Shown in pieces: positions 1-15,803 of a stretch of DNA of 64,000 nt (position 1 is the first letter of the stretch; every line of letters starts with the position of its first letter). The DNA is taken from NCBI RefSeq assembly GCF_009914755.1, contig NC_060928.1. The stretch is one strand, 5' to 3'. The notes under the pieces are model-generated. The model had not been told where the DNA came from. It searched no databases and saw nothing but the letters and a program-made list of their open reading frames with translations. The position numbers and the translations under genes were made by a program. The stretch comes from the human T2T-CHM13v2.0 reference genome, Homo sapiens.

Positions 1-92
1 ATAACTTGTGTTACCAGGCTAATTACAAAAATGGATACCTCTTTAAATCAGGCCATAAGGCTGAATCAGGTCATTCAGTGAACTATGGTCCT

Positions 93-678
93 TGTAAAAA
101 GTAAAGTAGAGGTTCCTTTTCAAAGACTTTCCTCCTCATCTGATTAGGAATAAATAGTAACCTCTCTTAGAAGCAAAATTTATTCAAAGACCTGTTAACA
201 TTCTTAAATATCTGCTAGCTGTAATAAAGAAATCAATGTACTTTATGTTCTTAGCTCCCACAATTTAGCCTAAATATTTGCCCTGGCATGCTTATACTGG
301 TCCAAGTGGGCATTAGGTCATAGCCTGTTCCTCTTCCTTATTTAGAGGTGTTTTTCCCTTCTCAGCATTCCACAAGTTACTTCCTCCTTCCTTTGTTCTC
401 CTCTGCCTTTGCCTCTTTTAAGAATTTCTAAGTTGCTAGCCAATCAAGACAAATACAGAATGTGAAGTCCCGTTCTAGCCAATGGAAACCAGTCACAACA
501 GTAAGGTGGACGGGTCAGGTTATAAATGACCCTGCCTCCTTTGTTCGGTGTACTCTTGTGGCAAAACTGCTGGCGAGTGTACTCTTTCCGCAGAAAGTAA
601 AAATGGCCTTGCTAAAGAAATTAGTTTTATGTTCAAGTGCTATTTCTTTACGGCACCAAGAAATAAGCATTTCTAGCA
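93..678 (+). mobile_element. Solo ERV1 LTR, LTR10-type (probably LTR10C), inserted into an older ERV remnant
   Basis: TGTAAAAAGTAAAGTAGAGG...AAGCATTTCTAGCA with TG...CA ends; 5-bp TSD GTCCT at 88-92 and 679-683; closely similar inverted copy at 24655-25245. Subfamily assigned from memory. Confidence 0.8.
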
Positions 679-683
679 GTCCT

Positions 684-1062
684 TAACCGCCATAATGCCC
701 TAAATTAGACCATGACCAATTGGACTCAAATACTTTGAACTATCTTTATTGCCTGAACTTTGAATTGTTTAATTTTGATCAGTTCAGTTTGTGGAGACTC
801 CTGTTAAGGTGTGTACCTCAGTTTATTGCTATACTCCTTCTCGTGGCCATAATAGTCTCCCTGATGTGTTGTTTCCCCTCGAGAGTCTTCAATGTCTCTA
901 TGCAGCCATCCTTTGTACACCAAATGGTGTTATTACAGTTAGAATAACAACATGAAGAAAGTATAATCACTCAACTAATTTGACATTGTGACTTCCATAC
1001 TGAGACAAAACAAGGTTCTGGTCAATCTCGTAAAACTGAGAGGCTGACCCAAAGGAGGAAAC
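684..1062 (+). mobile_element. Decayed ERV internal sequence: env transmembrane/cytoplasmic-tail remnant and polypurine tract
   Basis: ORF 720-947 has a hydrophobic TM-like stretch (FIAILLLVAIIVSLMCC) and an env-like tail; PPT-like AAAGGAGGAAAC directly precedes the LTR at 1063. Confidence 0.55.
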
Positions 1063-1372
1063 TGTTATTAAATTAAATCTGGCCTAAAGTTGCCTCCCTA
1101 CCTAGCAAAGCATAATCAAACCTAATATGTAAATAAACTGCAATGTAATTTGAGAGTACGTTCTTCTAACAAGTGGCCAAGTCTTGGCCAATCACCGCAG
1201 CGGAGCTTTTAGCCCATTACAGGCTGCAAAAAATATTGTCTATAAACGCGGCTTGCCCACTGTTAGGGGCTGGAGCTCTCTGAACCTTTACTGGCTCAGG
1301 ATACTACATGATTCATGCTTTCTTTGCTCAGATAAACTCTGCTAAACTTGTTTGAAGTTTTTTTTGTTAACA
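1063..1372 (+). mobile_element. 3' LTR of a MER57-like (ERV1) element
   Basis: Starts TGTTATTAAATTAAATCTGGCCTAAAGTTGCCTCC after the PPT and ends TTTTGTTAACA; contains CCAAT and TATAAA motifs. Confidence 0.6.
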
Positions 1373-1756
1373 ATATTTAAACATAAAGCAAATAAATTAA
1401 TAAGAATCCTATATCACTAAGTTACAGTAATTAGAAAGTATTCACCTGAGTGAGAAGATTGGCCAAGCTGCTATCCAGTCTTCCATTATTTGACAAGACA
1501 TTTCTTTCCTATGCTTTCTAATAGTATTCGTTATTCCAGAAAGGTTGCTCTATGACCTTAAACCGTCCACATGTTCACTGCACTGATAGACGTCCAACGT
1601 CAAGATGGGTAACTAAAGGTCAACTCTCTCTTTACCTTCCCTGAGCCTGATTTTTGCATTGTAACTCATGGTCACTAGACATTTGTTTTGGGTGTTCGCA
1701 GTCTACATTTATTTCCCTTTTAGGGGAAACAATCACTGTCCACGGGATTAAAATAA

Positions 1757-2560
<804 letters not shown>

Positions 2561-3068
2561 AGGGCCCAAGTCTCACTCCCCTCAAAATTCAGGGTTCTGG
2601 GCCGATCCTCAGCTTCCTCGTTTGGAAAATTCTGGCTGCCCCCAGGGCCCGCTGAAGGTTCCATGGAGAGTGGCGGTGAATGCATTTTGGAAGCGGGCCG
2701 TGCAAGAGAAGAAAGAATTGTATGTGCACAAGGTTCAGGCATAACGCGTTTGTTCCTGCTCGGCTCAAACGGGAGTTTGCTGCCAAAGACATGAACTGCG
2801 ATCAGTTTTAATTCTATCAGTTATTTTTGATTTTTATTCTGTAATTGTGCAGTCTTTGTCAAAGTAGTTTTCTCTCCTAAACGGCCTCCCGGCTCTCCCC
2901 GGTCTTTCCTTCGCTTGCTAGGTTGTAAAGAATAGTAGTAGTCATGACTTTTGTAGCACTTTGTAAAGTCACCTAATGGAAGATTGCTGAGGTCCTGGTT
3001 TTGACCTTTGAAATAGTGCCGTCTGTGCAGAGTTCTGAGCTTGCGATTTTGGCGCTGCAGCGGAATAA

Positions 3069-3374
<306 letters not shown>

Positions 3375-5131
3375 GGAACAAGTCTTTTATCCATTGTACA
3401 TCTTCAGGGCTTTTCCATTGTTCTGCTGAGCTGTGGTTCAGGCTCAGTTGTGCGAGTGATTGATTACCTGGCTACTGTAATGCTTGTACTTTTTTTTTTT
3501 TTTAATTATTCCATTTCAGCTCACATTGGAGAACCATGGTTTTCGTATCCTAGCTGATTATATTCTTAGCATTTCAGTCCTTTGCAACTTGGTTTGTTGG
3601 GGAAGGCGGTTATAGTCATCTAATTTTTCTTGGGGACAGTACTACTGTGGCTACAGTCATGAGAGAGTTTACTTTTTCAATGTCTTGTTTCCAACCAAGT
3701 CCACGCTTTCATGCTTGCTTTTTAAAAACAAAAACAAAAAAACCTTTTACTATTAGGTATTATATATCTCAATTTTCTTCTCCTTGGCAAGTTTTTTACA
3801 ACGTTTTTATTTGATTGCATTTTCTTCTAAAAGCTATATCCCTGTTATGTTTTATTTATATGACTTCTTACAGTCTCCCATTTCCTCTGAGATATAATTT
3901 TGGACATACATTGCCCTTTTTATTGTGTGGATCCCCTGGCTGCTAGGTTATAGTATCCCCATAATCTATGTTGTATGTGGACTGGGAGGAGTAACTCCCT
4001 TTAACCTAAAAGTTCCACAGGTTATACTCAAGAGAAAGTTTAGTTTGAGTACGTTTGTATTCCCAGGCTCCACCCAAATCTCCCAAGGCTGTGAGAGTGA
4101 GATTTGTTGTGAGCAGGAATAGAACAATGTGTTTTTTAGAAACATTTTAACAACATCTTAGTAACAAAATATTAGGGCCTTAAGCAGCCTCCAGGAACAT
4201 TATGGGAAATGGATCCAGAAACTTGTGGCTGGTGTCCTTGAAGACAGCAGTGGAAAAAGATTAGAAACTAAGTAGAAAGCGTCACTTCAACTTTTGTAGA
4301 AAATCAGAGTGCTTAGTTCTTTGAATGCTGCATCCATCATTGGCCAAAAATGGATGTTGTGTTGCATTAAAAGGCAGAGGGGCAATACCTAAAATTACAG
4401 GTATGGTGTTGGAGCTTTCACCTGACAAAGGAGTAAGGAGAAATGATTGACATTAATGGAGAACACAGGCTTGTGCTTGTCAATCAAACTCTTAAATAGG
4501 TGGACCAGGGAGTGCCTTTTGAAACTTAAGGGAAAAAAAAGCTATTTATGCCATAGGCTGGACACATAATGGAACTGTCATTCTGAAAGGTTATAAAGAC
4601 CAGAAATCTATAAAGTGGACGACCATAAGAAACAGTTCCATCCTTATGTAACACAGTTTGGAAAAACCTCAGTTACTTTAGTTGACAGCTCCAATCCTCT
4701 AAAACATTTGTGAGCAATGCTTTGCAGTGGTTTAGCTTATCTGCTTTTGCACCCTACCCTGTAGCATGCAGTTCTAGGCAGTATTGCTTCATTCTTTATG
4801 CTCCTTGACCAACAGCTTTTGGCATAGGGTAAATCTGTTTTGCTTATTGAGTGCCAGAGACGAATTAGTTGATGTGTTTTGAGTACAGATGGGCTACAGT
4901 TCAATATAAGAAGTTGGATGGTCTGCATGCTAGCTCTGCCTCATGCAGTATTAACATGGGACTTTACCTCTGTGTCTCGGTTTTCTCATCTCTAAAGTAG
5001 ACTAATGCTAGTACTGGCCTCGTAGGGAGAGAATTGAATAAATTCAATGAATTCATGCATATGTCAAGCAGTTACATATATCAAGCATATGTCAAGCACT
5101 TACACAGTGTCTGGCATATAATAAGAGTTCA

Positions 5132-5688
<557 letters not shown>

Positions 5689-8600
5689 TTAGTTACCCCC
5701 CATTTTATTGTTAAACTTTAGTAAAGCCATAAAAGTACAATCACAAACTAGTATCGAGGTTATGTTACTGATTTTCATTAGCTTAATTTTCTTGAACTTT
5801 CTGACGTGGTTTTAATGTTAGTCAAGGTGCAGTTCTGCTTATAATTTTAATAGTTTTGTCATTTTAAACACGTCAGTTTGTGCTCAGAAGGATGAAAAAA
5901 TATTTAAATAGATTTTGTGGGAGCCTGATGCATTTCTCAAGCAATTAAGCAATTTAAGACAAGTTCAGTGCTTAATTACATTTGATCAGAGCACAGGCCA
6001 TTTGTACATGTGTATTTTCCGAGAGTATCTACTTTGCCTGTCATTTCTTTTGTTTGTTTTAAATTAAAAAAACAAAAAATCCCTTAGACTGCAGGTTAAT
6101 ATTTGAAGTTAACTTGTTTCATGTGTTTGCTTATTACACACTTCTGACTTGGTTTTGATTGCTAATTTATCTTCACTGGATACTTAGGCCAATAAAGAAG
6201 CTTATAGGATTAAATGAGCCTTGAGTGGAGGACAGGTTGTTTTTTTTGCTTTATAAAGAGGAAAACAAGAAAGGAAGAAAGCTGGTAGCTGTGTGCATTT
6301 CTGCAGTATTGAATCCTTTCTAGGCTTTGCTTCATACATTGGGTTTTTTCATATGAGGAGCCCAGAGAGAATGCATAGCTTTCATTAGATTACTTGTGAG
6401 GAGCCAGTGGGCTCCCTGGGAACGGGGCACTTCAGATGTCCCCCTTGAGACACTTTACATGCTCTCCGGGTGCAACCTTCTTTTTAGTGCACTACTCTTC
6501 TTTGAGGAAGTGAGAAAGTTTGCATCTTAAAGGGGGTTGGGGATAGGTTCTTCTCTCCCAAAGCTTGCTTTTTTTTTTTCCTCCTTTTTAAAAAGCAGAA
6601 AGTGCATATTTTTTCTAGAGAGAGCTTCTTTGGCTATTAAAAACAAAGTAAGGGCAGGGAGAGCCTGCTACGTTGCAGGGATTTTGTGTGACTCTACCAT
6701 GCTTGATAAGGATTCAGGTAGACCTGAAAGCTTCTCCCCAGCCACTGGATTTGTTCTCTCATCTCTTCTTCTTGCCCCCAAATCTGCATTTTCTGATGCT
6801 GAAAAAGAGAATGATCAGAGTTGTTTCATATTTTTTTAGCTTTATTCTCTTCTACTGTGAGTACAGCTCTGTTGAGCTGTACAGTACAGTACTGCTTTGC
6901 TTGCAAAGCAGTACAGATGCCTAGGAGAAGTTTCAGGATCACAGGAGACCAGCAGTTACCTGGCTGTAAGCTCTCCTTTTGACTGTTCCTTATGGAGGGA
7001 ATATTTGTACTCCCAGTTGTTACCTTCCTGCTGAAGGACATGAGATGTGTCTGTTTGTTATGAAGTTTTCCCCCTACTTCCCGAGTTGTTGCTTATCTTT
7101 GTTGGGCTGTTCTCTGCTCTTGGTTGAGGTACTGGGATGTAGAACCACCTTCTATTAGCATATTAGTTATTGGACTCTGGGTGAGGTTGGAGATACTGTC
7201 ATTCCTAGAGGGTAGAAGAGGTAGGGCTCACAGGCAACAGAAAATAATGCTATGGGATATGTTTGGACATTTTTTAGAGCAGAAATGGCACTTCAGTCAG
7301 TCAGGTTTTGGCATTTTCCTGCCATGTTCTGCCTCCAGCTTTAATCACTTGCCCCTTGCTTGAGTTTCTTCTTTCTTCCCCTCTCCCTTCTCTCTTATCT
7401 GTGGTAGGCACACACACCTCACTCTCTAGTTCTACTGGGACCACAGGAAGATAATGTGGATGTTCTCTGTGGCTCCCCCTGTTATATTCATGATGTTATT
7501 ATTTCTGGTAGTGGTATTCTAATCTCAAAAGTACAGGCTATGAGGTCCCTGCCAGGGTTTAGATGCTAGCCTTCCTATCCTGCCTTTAGGAACCTCGGGC
7601 AAATCACTTAACTCCTCTCTGCCTCTTTACTTACCTGGGAATAATGAGACTCACCTGACAGCTGTGAAAGTTAAATGAACTAATATACAAGCTCCTAGAA
7701 TAGCATTAGTGTGTTTGATAGTAACTGTCTGATAAATATTAGCTGCTTTCACATAGACCCATCAGACCTGATCTAGTGAGGATTTCTCTTAGATTGTCTT
7801 CACTGTCGGAAGAGTTTTGATATAGGGAGTTCCAGCAATTCTAAAGATGTTAAGACTTATTTATGTGGGTTGTTGAGAAAGATAATCTCAGTGTACCATT
7901 TACTGGTTTTTGTAGAGCTAAAACCACTCTACAAAATATGACACTTTATTCTGTTCAAAGAATTTTGATTTATTTAATTTCATGTGACCATTACAATAAT
8001 CACCCCTGCAGAGATGGTTCCTGGGGTCAATGGTCAGAGGCAGAGCTGGGGTTAGAACTTGAGTTCTCTTCTGTTCTGCTGCCTGTAAATCCCCAAGCCT
8101 GAATTCAGTTCTGCCTGCACCTCTGGCAAGTGCTGTATTGTGGGGAGAAGTGTGGCATCCATGGCAGGGGATCCTCTGTGGCTCTCTGGAATCAGTACAT
8201 CCCAGGTTGACGTCTCCTTGGCTCTGGACTCAAAGTTAGTCTACCTGCTGGTCGTCTACATCAGGGTGCTGTGCTGCCATCCTTCTGCCCATGGTAGACT
8301 CAAACTCACCTGCCAAGATCTAATTCATTATTACCCCTCCAGCTTTTTCCAGAGAGCTTGCCCCTCCTGTTGCTGCAGTTGTTCTTCCAGCCACATGTAC
8401 TCTGAAGATGGGATCACAATCAGTGTCGCCATACCAGAAAAGGCTCTGTAACTTTTTGGTCATGGGAGAGCTCTTTCCTCTGCCCTCTCCTTTGCAGTTC
8501 CTAGACCAGGTGTGTTAACCTGAATTGTCATGGGAGCCTCTTAATTGGTCCTTTCAGCAAAAACTAAAAGAAAAAACCCACTCATCATGGCAAACATTGT

Positions 8601-8950
8601 CATATTAGTCTTCCTGGAGAGGCATTTGGATTTATAACTCTCCTCTACCCGGAAAGTGTCCATCATAGCAACATCTTCCAGGGATTCTTAAATATAACGA
8701 TGCTGTTGACATGTCTGGTTATCCCTTTACCTTTTCAGAATTTGTGGGAGGTGAGAAGTCTGGGAGAGGTTATCTGGGTTATTATGAAACCTACACACTT
8801 ACTGAATTAAAAAAAAACTATGTAACACAATTCTAGTCTAAAAATGGGCGCACACTTTCTTTGCCTTTTAGAAATACTTTTTGAAATGTAAAATTCGAAG
8901 TCTAATAAAGGAGTCTGTCCAATTAATTTAACTGTTTGAAGAAAAAAACC

Positions 8951-9248
<298 letters not shown>

Positions 9249-10620
9249 GAACAAACCAGCTGGTTGTGGTGGTGGTGGTTGACATCCTCAACAGAACAGC
9301 TTTTGCTAATTGTTGAAGTCAGGGAAGACAACTTGTGCTGATGGCAGAGTTCAAGACATTACACAACCAGAGACAATCATAAACCCAGAAATGCCAGCCC
9401 TGAGAGATGCAACTGATGTATGACTTTTTTCCTCTCTGGATCAAACCATGACAACCGTAAAAGGCAGGCCTTGCTGTTAAGGCGCTGCAGCCTCTGAAGC
9501 ACAGTTGGCCTCAGGGAGCTCTGACTCAGTCTACTTATTCTGGGGATCTGAAGAAAGTCAGAAATCATGTGTGGTAGATAGTTTGCATAACTTTGGGATT
9601 TTCCAGAGAGAGGATGAAAACGGTGGCCCTCCTTGTAATGTCTAGGCACATGGGACATCCAGTGGAACTGTTGAGGGAGGAGATGGGAGGGAGACCAGTC
9701 ACCAGACCAGTTGATGTAGGTCTCATAGACTCACCACTCAAGTTGTGCTTCGGAGAAAGCTGCTTCAAATCTTCTTGATACATTTACAAAGATAAATAAA
9801 TCCAGTGTGCTTCTGCTTGGCATGTTTACTTGGTCCTGTGGTCAGAGTGCTCTGGGGCTTTGACAAATGTGCTAGTCACTTAGCCTATTTTTACAACTCT
9901 GAAGCAGCCGTGTCTAAAAATATTTCCTCTCTGGCTGAGCCTGCCTTCCACCAGGCCTAGAAAAGTCATGGAGCTGAGGACATAGCCTTCAAATATTTTT
10001 TTTTCCATTGCAGACTGCTTGTCCTCAAGGTCTTACCAGCATGTAGGTCACTGTAATATAAAACATGAGTTCTCAATGGATTGATTTAAATTGTGGTCAC
10101 TCAAACTGCCAGGAAGAGTCCTCCTCATTTGTTGTAAAAATAACAGATGTCTATGAAAGGAGAAGAAGAAGGCCTTTCTTTTTTTGCAGTTCATTTCTCC
10201 ACTGCCTTCTCCATCCCAGAAAGTTGGCGGTAACTTGGGTGTTACTGAATTACTCAGGAGAATGAATTGTACTTGTTTCTCTGTAGTTATTTTCTAAATA
10301 AGAGGTTACGTTATCAGGAGAGGCCATCAGCTACAGCAGTGGAAAGAGCCACCAGGTCTCATCTTGACTTTACCAACAAATGTCTTTATTCAGTCAACAT
10401 TCCCTGAGGGCCAGCCACAGCCAGGCAGGGTCTAGGTTCTCAGTGTACAAAGATGAATGACATTTGGTCAGGAGCCTACAGTAGAGGAGTTCAGATTACT
10501 ATAACACAGTTTGGTAGGTGCTGTGGTACACAGATGCAGGGATGTTACAGGGCATATGGGGGACATCTAGCTTAGGGCTGAGAGGATCTTGGGGAGTAGG
10601 CTTACTAACTGGAAATGATT

Positions 10621-10915
10621 GTTTTGTTTTGTTTTGAGACAGAGTCTCTCTCTATCACCCAGGCTAGAGTGCAGAGGCGTGATCTTGGCTCACTGCAGTG
10701 TCCACCTCCCAGGTTCAAGCAATTCTTCTGCCTCAGCCTCCTGAGGAGCTGGCATTGCAGGCGTGCACCACCATGCCTGGCTAATTTTTGTATTTTTAGT
10801 AGAGACAGGGTTTCACCATGTTGGTCAGGCTGGTCTCTAACTCCCGACCTCATGATCTGCCCGCCTTAGCCTCCCAAAGTCCTGGGATTGCAAGTGTGAG
10901 CTACCGCGCCCGGCT
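10621..10915 (-). mobile_element. Alu (S-type)
   Basis: (GTTTT)n tail plus antisense consensus. Confidence 0.9.
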
Positions 10916-13894
10916 GATTTTTAGGCTTAGTTAATAGGTGAAGTTGGGGAGAAGGTGAGGCCAAGAGAAGGGCTGGAGTTGAGAGGCAGATGTAGGGAGC
11001 TACTGGCCTTGTGGTGGTGTTAAGACTGTCATGCATGAGGCAATAGTTGTGTTCTTTTTGTTTTTTTGTTTTTTTTTCTTAGTAATAGCCATCCTAATGG
11101 GTATGAGATCAGAGGTTTTTAACATTATACTGTGATGGACATTAGAGATTTCATGAATCTCCTTCATGGTTCCCGAAAGGTTGGTAAAGATTCCTTCTCT
11201 GACCTTTGTTGTACATATTGGTCTTCAATATGCATTCTTATGGAAAAAGGTGTTCATGGCTAAAACATTTGAGAGCCGCCACACTGAATGATCTCTGGGT
11301 TGTCTTCCTCCTCTCAAAATTGATGATCCTGATTATCTGTAGCTAATAAGCCTGAACAATAAATGCTTTCGCCAATCTCTTAAAGTAGTTGAGAAGCTAG
11401 GTGTGTTAGTTTCCCTTCTGTGATAGAGAAGAAACCTGTGTTGGAGAGCAGTGAGCTTATGTGTCTGTGGCCATCTCTGACCTGATTCACACATGTGCCC
11501 CTCACAGACAGGCACAGACACAGGGTTGGCATGCCTCTAGCCTTACAGCCTCTTGGATGAAAGGTATAAGACACATTCACATGTTGGAGTGAATTAAGCA
11601 CACATCCATTTTGAAATCACAGGGCTGGATACCACTTAAAGAATATTGATCTTGCATTGGGCAACGCATAGCAACTGCCCTACATTTCCCCTTTTACCTA
11701 GCGTCACAACCACCAGTACTAGAAAGCAGTTAATCTGCTCACCAAAATAACAGAGAGAGACTTTAGTGGCATTTTTTCCACTTGGTAATTGACTAGACTC
11801 TGGCTATTAGCTCCTTTTTTTTCCTTACTATCCTTTTCAAACTAATAACGTGACTTCTCATAATTTTAAAGTAACTTGATGCTTACACAAAGTTTATCAT
11901 AAAGGTTTCTAGCAACAAAACCAGTCATGACTTCTTGAGAACTTATTTCTAAAATAATTTACAAATTGAGACTTATGAAAAAATAGCTCTGTCATTCAAG
12001 TGTTCATTTCATGAGTATGAAATATCTCCCTTGTGCTAGACATCAGGCCAGGTAAAAAGTAAGATGTGATTGCTGCTCTTGAGAAACCTACTGTCTAGTG
12101 GAAGAAATACAGGTATGAACAACTAATTGTAATGAAGGCACAGACAGCCTACCTGTCATATCTGGGATTTGATCTGAAACAGATGAAAGTTATAATAGTT
12201 TACATACCTTACCTTAAAGTATGGTTTTTAAATACTTAAGATGTGATATGACATATAGTGTGTATATATATCTTATGCTAAGGAAAAAGGGACATTAAAA
12301 AAGCTTATGTTAAAAGATATATGTATACATTGTACTGCCTGTATGTTTGTGAAATTTGTATTTACTGGAAATTCTCATTGGCCTGTAGATAGGAGTGTTC
12401 CTAAGCACCCTATATTGGGATTTGTGGTAACAGCAGCTTGACAACCTGAAGTGGATGATGCAACAGCACTTTTGAAAGGTCTCTCCGTACTATCTTGATT
12501 TCATCATCTAAAGTTGGTGTTGGCAAAGAGAAGATAAGTGTTTAGGGTGTTGGATATCCCAGTTACCCTGATTTGATCATTACACATTTTAGGCAGGTAT
12601 CAAAATGTCACATGTACCCCAAAAGTATGTACAGCTATTACATATCAGTTTTTTAAAGAAGAAAAGGTTGGTATGGTTAGCTTTTCTATTTCAAGTGTAT
12701 CATTCATCTTTCACATCTGGGATTTCTCCTATGCTCTGGTTGGTTAATAACTTTTATTCTGAAATCGGTGAGATTCTTATGACATGAAATAGTCTATAAC
12801 CAGTTAAGTTTTTATTTCTCTGTTCTGTTCACATCCTGGGGACTGGGCTGCCATTACATAACTGAGCAGCCATTGGTGGTTCACACCAGCGCCACACCCA
12901 GTTATTTTCTTTCAGTATTTGAATTCCTGCACAAAAGATCTGCTGTATCTGCAAATCACTAGAGGCACAAAAGAAGTGATTACCTCTACTAAGGGTTGGG
13001 AGAAGTTTCACTAAAGGAGAGATGGTGTCCATGTTAGATTATGAAGGGTAAGTTGAAGTCCATGAAGCAGCAATGAGGGAGCCGGACATGTATGGCAGAG
13101 GAAACCACATGAACAAGGGCACAGAGCCATGAGATAGCACAGAGGAGGGAGACGTGTGGTGTGGCTGGGGAAGACTACAGAATCGGGTTACTACCGTCCA
13201 AAGCATTTGTTATTTAGCAGTTATTGACCAGCTATCATATTCAAGGCATGTGATAAGTACTAAGGGCTACAAAGACCAAATCAATTTCTGCCATTAAGGG
13301 ATTTTAAATCTAAGAGCAGAGATTAGACAGAGATCTAAATGACACAGTTTACTTTGGTGTAAAGTAGTACAATAAGAGCAGTAAAAATCTAGTTCTGAGG
13401 TTTCAAAATAGAAAGTACATTCATTTGGAAAAAGGCTTCATGGAGAGGGTAGCATTTGAAATGGGCCTGAATAATGGATAGAACATTTCTGGACAGCAGT
13501 TAATGGTTGGGATTAAGGAAAAAGTGTTGTCCAGAAAATGGTGACCTACAGAATAGTGGTACCAGTAATGAAGGCCAAGGAGAATTGATTTTAGGGTCAA
13601 GGTGATAACTGCAGCTTAGATAGATTATTTTGGTTTCAGGCACAGTTGGAAGTATGAGAACGATTGGAATTTCAGAAGGAAATTATATTGGAAACAGAAC
13701 CTTGAAGGAAGTCCTTGTTTATAGGCTTAGAAGATCAAGAGAGGTCAATTAATATGGCTAAAAGGAACAGACAGATAAGAAACTGAAGAGTTTCAAAAAT
13801 GAAACTTTTATTGGCAATGTACAGAGCTGTTGTAGAAGATGAAGCCAAAGAACAGGCATTGACTTTAGCAATTTAGTAGACCATTGATAAGTTA

Positions 13895-14249
13895 CAGTAG
13901 TCCCCCCTTACGAGGGGAGGGAGTACATTCCTAGACCCTCAGTGGATGCGTGAAACTGCAGATAGTACCAAATCCTATACATACTATGTCTTTTTGATCT
14001 GATAACCCAGTCAACTACCAAGTGACTAATGGATTGGGTAGTATACAGTGTGGATATGCTGGACCAAGGGATGAGTCTCCTCCCAGACAGGACAATTCAA
14101 GATTGCATCACACTACTCAGAATGACATGCAATTTAAAACATGCATCATTTATTTCTATAATTTCCCATTTAATATTTTTGGACCATAGTTGACTGTTGG
14201 TAACTGAAACTACAGAAAGTAAAACCACAGATAAAGGGGGGACCAACTG
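13895..14249. mobile_element. Tigger-derived MITE (MER44-like)
   Basis: Imperfect TIRs CAGTAGTCCCCCCTTA / ATAAAGGGGGGACCAACTG flanked by TA on both sides. Confidence 0.75.
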
Positions 14250-14288
14250 TATCTAATTTCATGCAGCAGTGGTGGTGGAAGAAGCTAC

Positions 14289-15163
14289 TCTGATAGGAAT
14301 GTTTGTGTTCCCTCCAAAATTTATGTCGAAGCTGAATCCCCAGTGCAGCAGTATTAAGAGATAAGGCCTTTAGGAGGTGATTAGGTCATGAGGGTTCTGT
14401 ATTCATGAACAGCTTAGTGCCATTTAAAGGGGCTTGAGAGACCAACTTTGCCTCTTCTCCCTTCTGCCATATGAGGACACAGTGCTCGTCCCCTCCAGAG
14501 CAGGGGTCCCCAACTTCTGGTCCGTGGCCCATTAGGAACCGGGCCACATAGAAGGATGTGAGCAGCTAGCAAGACTTCATTTGTATTTACAGCTGCTCCC
14601 CATCACTTGCATTGCTACCTGAGCTCTGCCTCCTGTTGGATCAAGAGTTGCATTAGATTCTCATAGGAGCATGAATCCTATTGTGAACTGTGCATGTGAG
14701 GGATCTAGGTTTCGTGTCCTTGTGAGAATCTAATGCCTGATGATCTGTCACTGTCTCCCATTATCCCCACATGGCACCATCTAGATGCAGCAGAACAAGC
14801 TCAGAGCTCCCACTAATTCTGTATTGTGGTGAGATGTATAATTATTTCATTATATATTACAATGTAATAATAATAGAAATAAAGTGCACAATCAATGTAA
14901 TGCACTTGAATCATCCCTAAACCATCCCCTCTTCCCTGCAAGACGGTAGAAAAATTGTCTTCCGTGAAATTGTCTCCCATGTCTTCCTGGTGCCAAAAAA
15001 GGTTGGGGACCTTTGCTCCAGAGCATGCAGCAGCAAGGCACCATCTTGGAAGCAGAGAACAGCCCTCACCAGACACTGAACATGCTGATGATCTTGATCT
15101 CTGTTGTTTATACATTACCCAGTCTTTGGTATTTTGTTATAGCAGCACTAACAGACTGAAATA
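14289..15163 (+). mobile_element. MaLR LTR (MST/MLT1-like), split by a MER1 insertion
   Basis: GGCCTTTAGGAGGTGATTAGGTCATGAGGG and GGTATTTTGTTATAGCAGCAC motifs either side of the MER1. Confidence 0.65.
14501..15015. mobile_element. hAT-Charlie MITE (MER1A-like)
   Basis: TIRs CAGGGGTCCCCAAC / GTTGGGGACCTTTG; exact 8-bp TSD CTCCAGAG at 14493-14500 and 15016-15023. Confidence 0.85.
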
Positions 15164-15433
15164 AGCCATATTACTAGAGTTTAGGAATTTAATGGCTCAG
15201 GAGAAAGTAGAAGCACCAAGTGTAGTGAATAAAATAGCAGCTAACAAGCTTTGTGCACCTTCACATGCCTGGCACTGGTCTAAGCATGTTAAACACATTA
15301 ACTTCTTTAATCCTCACAACAGTTTTATGAGGTGGGTACCTTTGTTACTAACCTTTATGACAGATCAGGAAACCAAGACATAGAGGCTTCGTAGCTCACC
15401 CAAAGTCACACAGTGAGTGAGTGGCTAAATCAG

Positions 15434-15803
15434 TGTCTTAGTCTTTTTTTTTTTTTTTTTTTGCTGCTATTAACAGAATACCTGAGACTGGGTAATTTAT
15501 AAAGAACAGAAATTTATTTTCTCATAGTTCTGGAGGCTGGGAAGTCCAAGATCAAGGTACCAGCTTTGGTGTCTGGTGCAGACCTACTCGTTGTGTCTTG
15601 CTGGGGGAAGAAGGCTGTCTGCACATGGCAGAAGGTGGAAGAAAGCTAGACGAACTTTCTCCGTCAAGTCCTTTTATAAAAACCTTTAATCCCATTCATG
15701 AGGGAGGAGCCCTCATGGCCTAATCTCCTCTTAAAGGCCGCACCTCTCAATACTATCATATTGGCAGTGCCTGACTTTTGAAGAGGACACATTCAAATCA
15801 TAG
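15434..15803 (-). mobile_element. MaLR LTR (MST-like)
   Basis: TGTCTTAGTC...CTGAGACTGGGTAATTTATAAAGAACAG...GGAAGTCCAAGATCAAGG. Confidence 0.7.

Noticed and set aside
720-947. Env-like TM ORF as a domesticated retroviral gene
   Set aside because: Only a 75-codon non-ATG tail fragment, cut off upstream by an LTR insertion.
5057-5098. Micro-duplications such as GCATATGTCAAGCA x2 (similar ones near 23508-23558 and 55608-55640)
   Set aside because: Ordinary slippage-size duplications, mostly inside old repeats; no sign of function.
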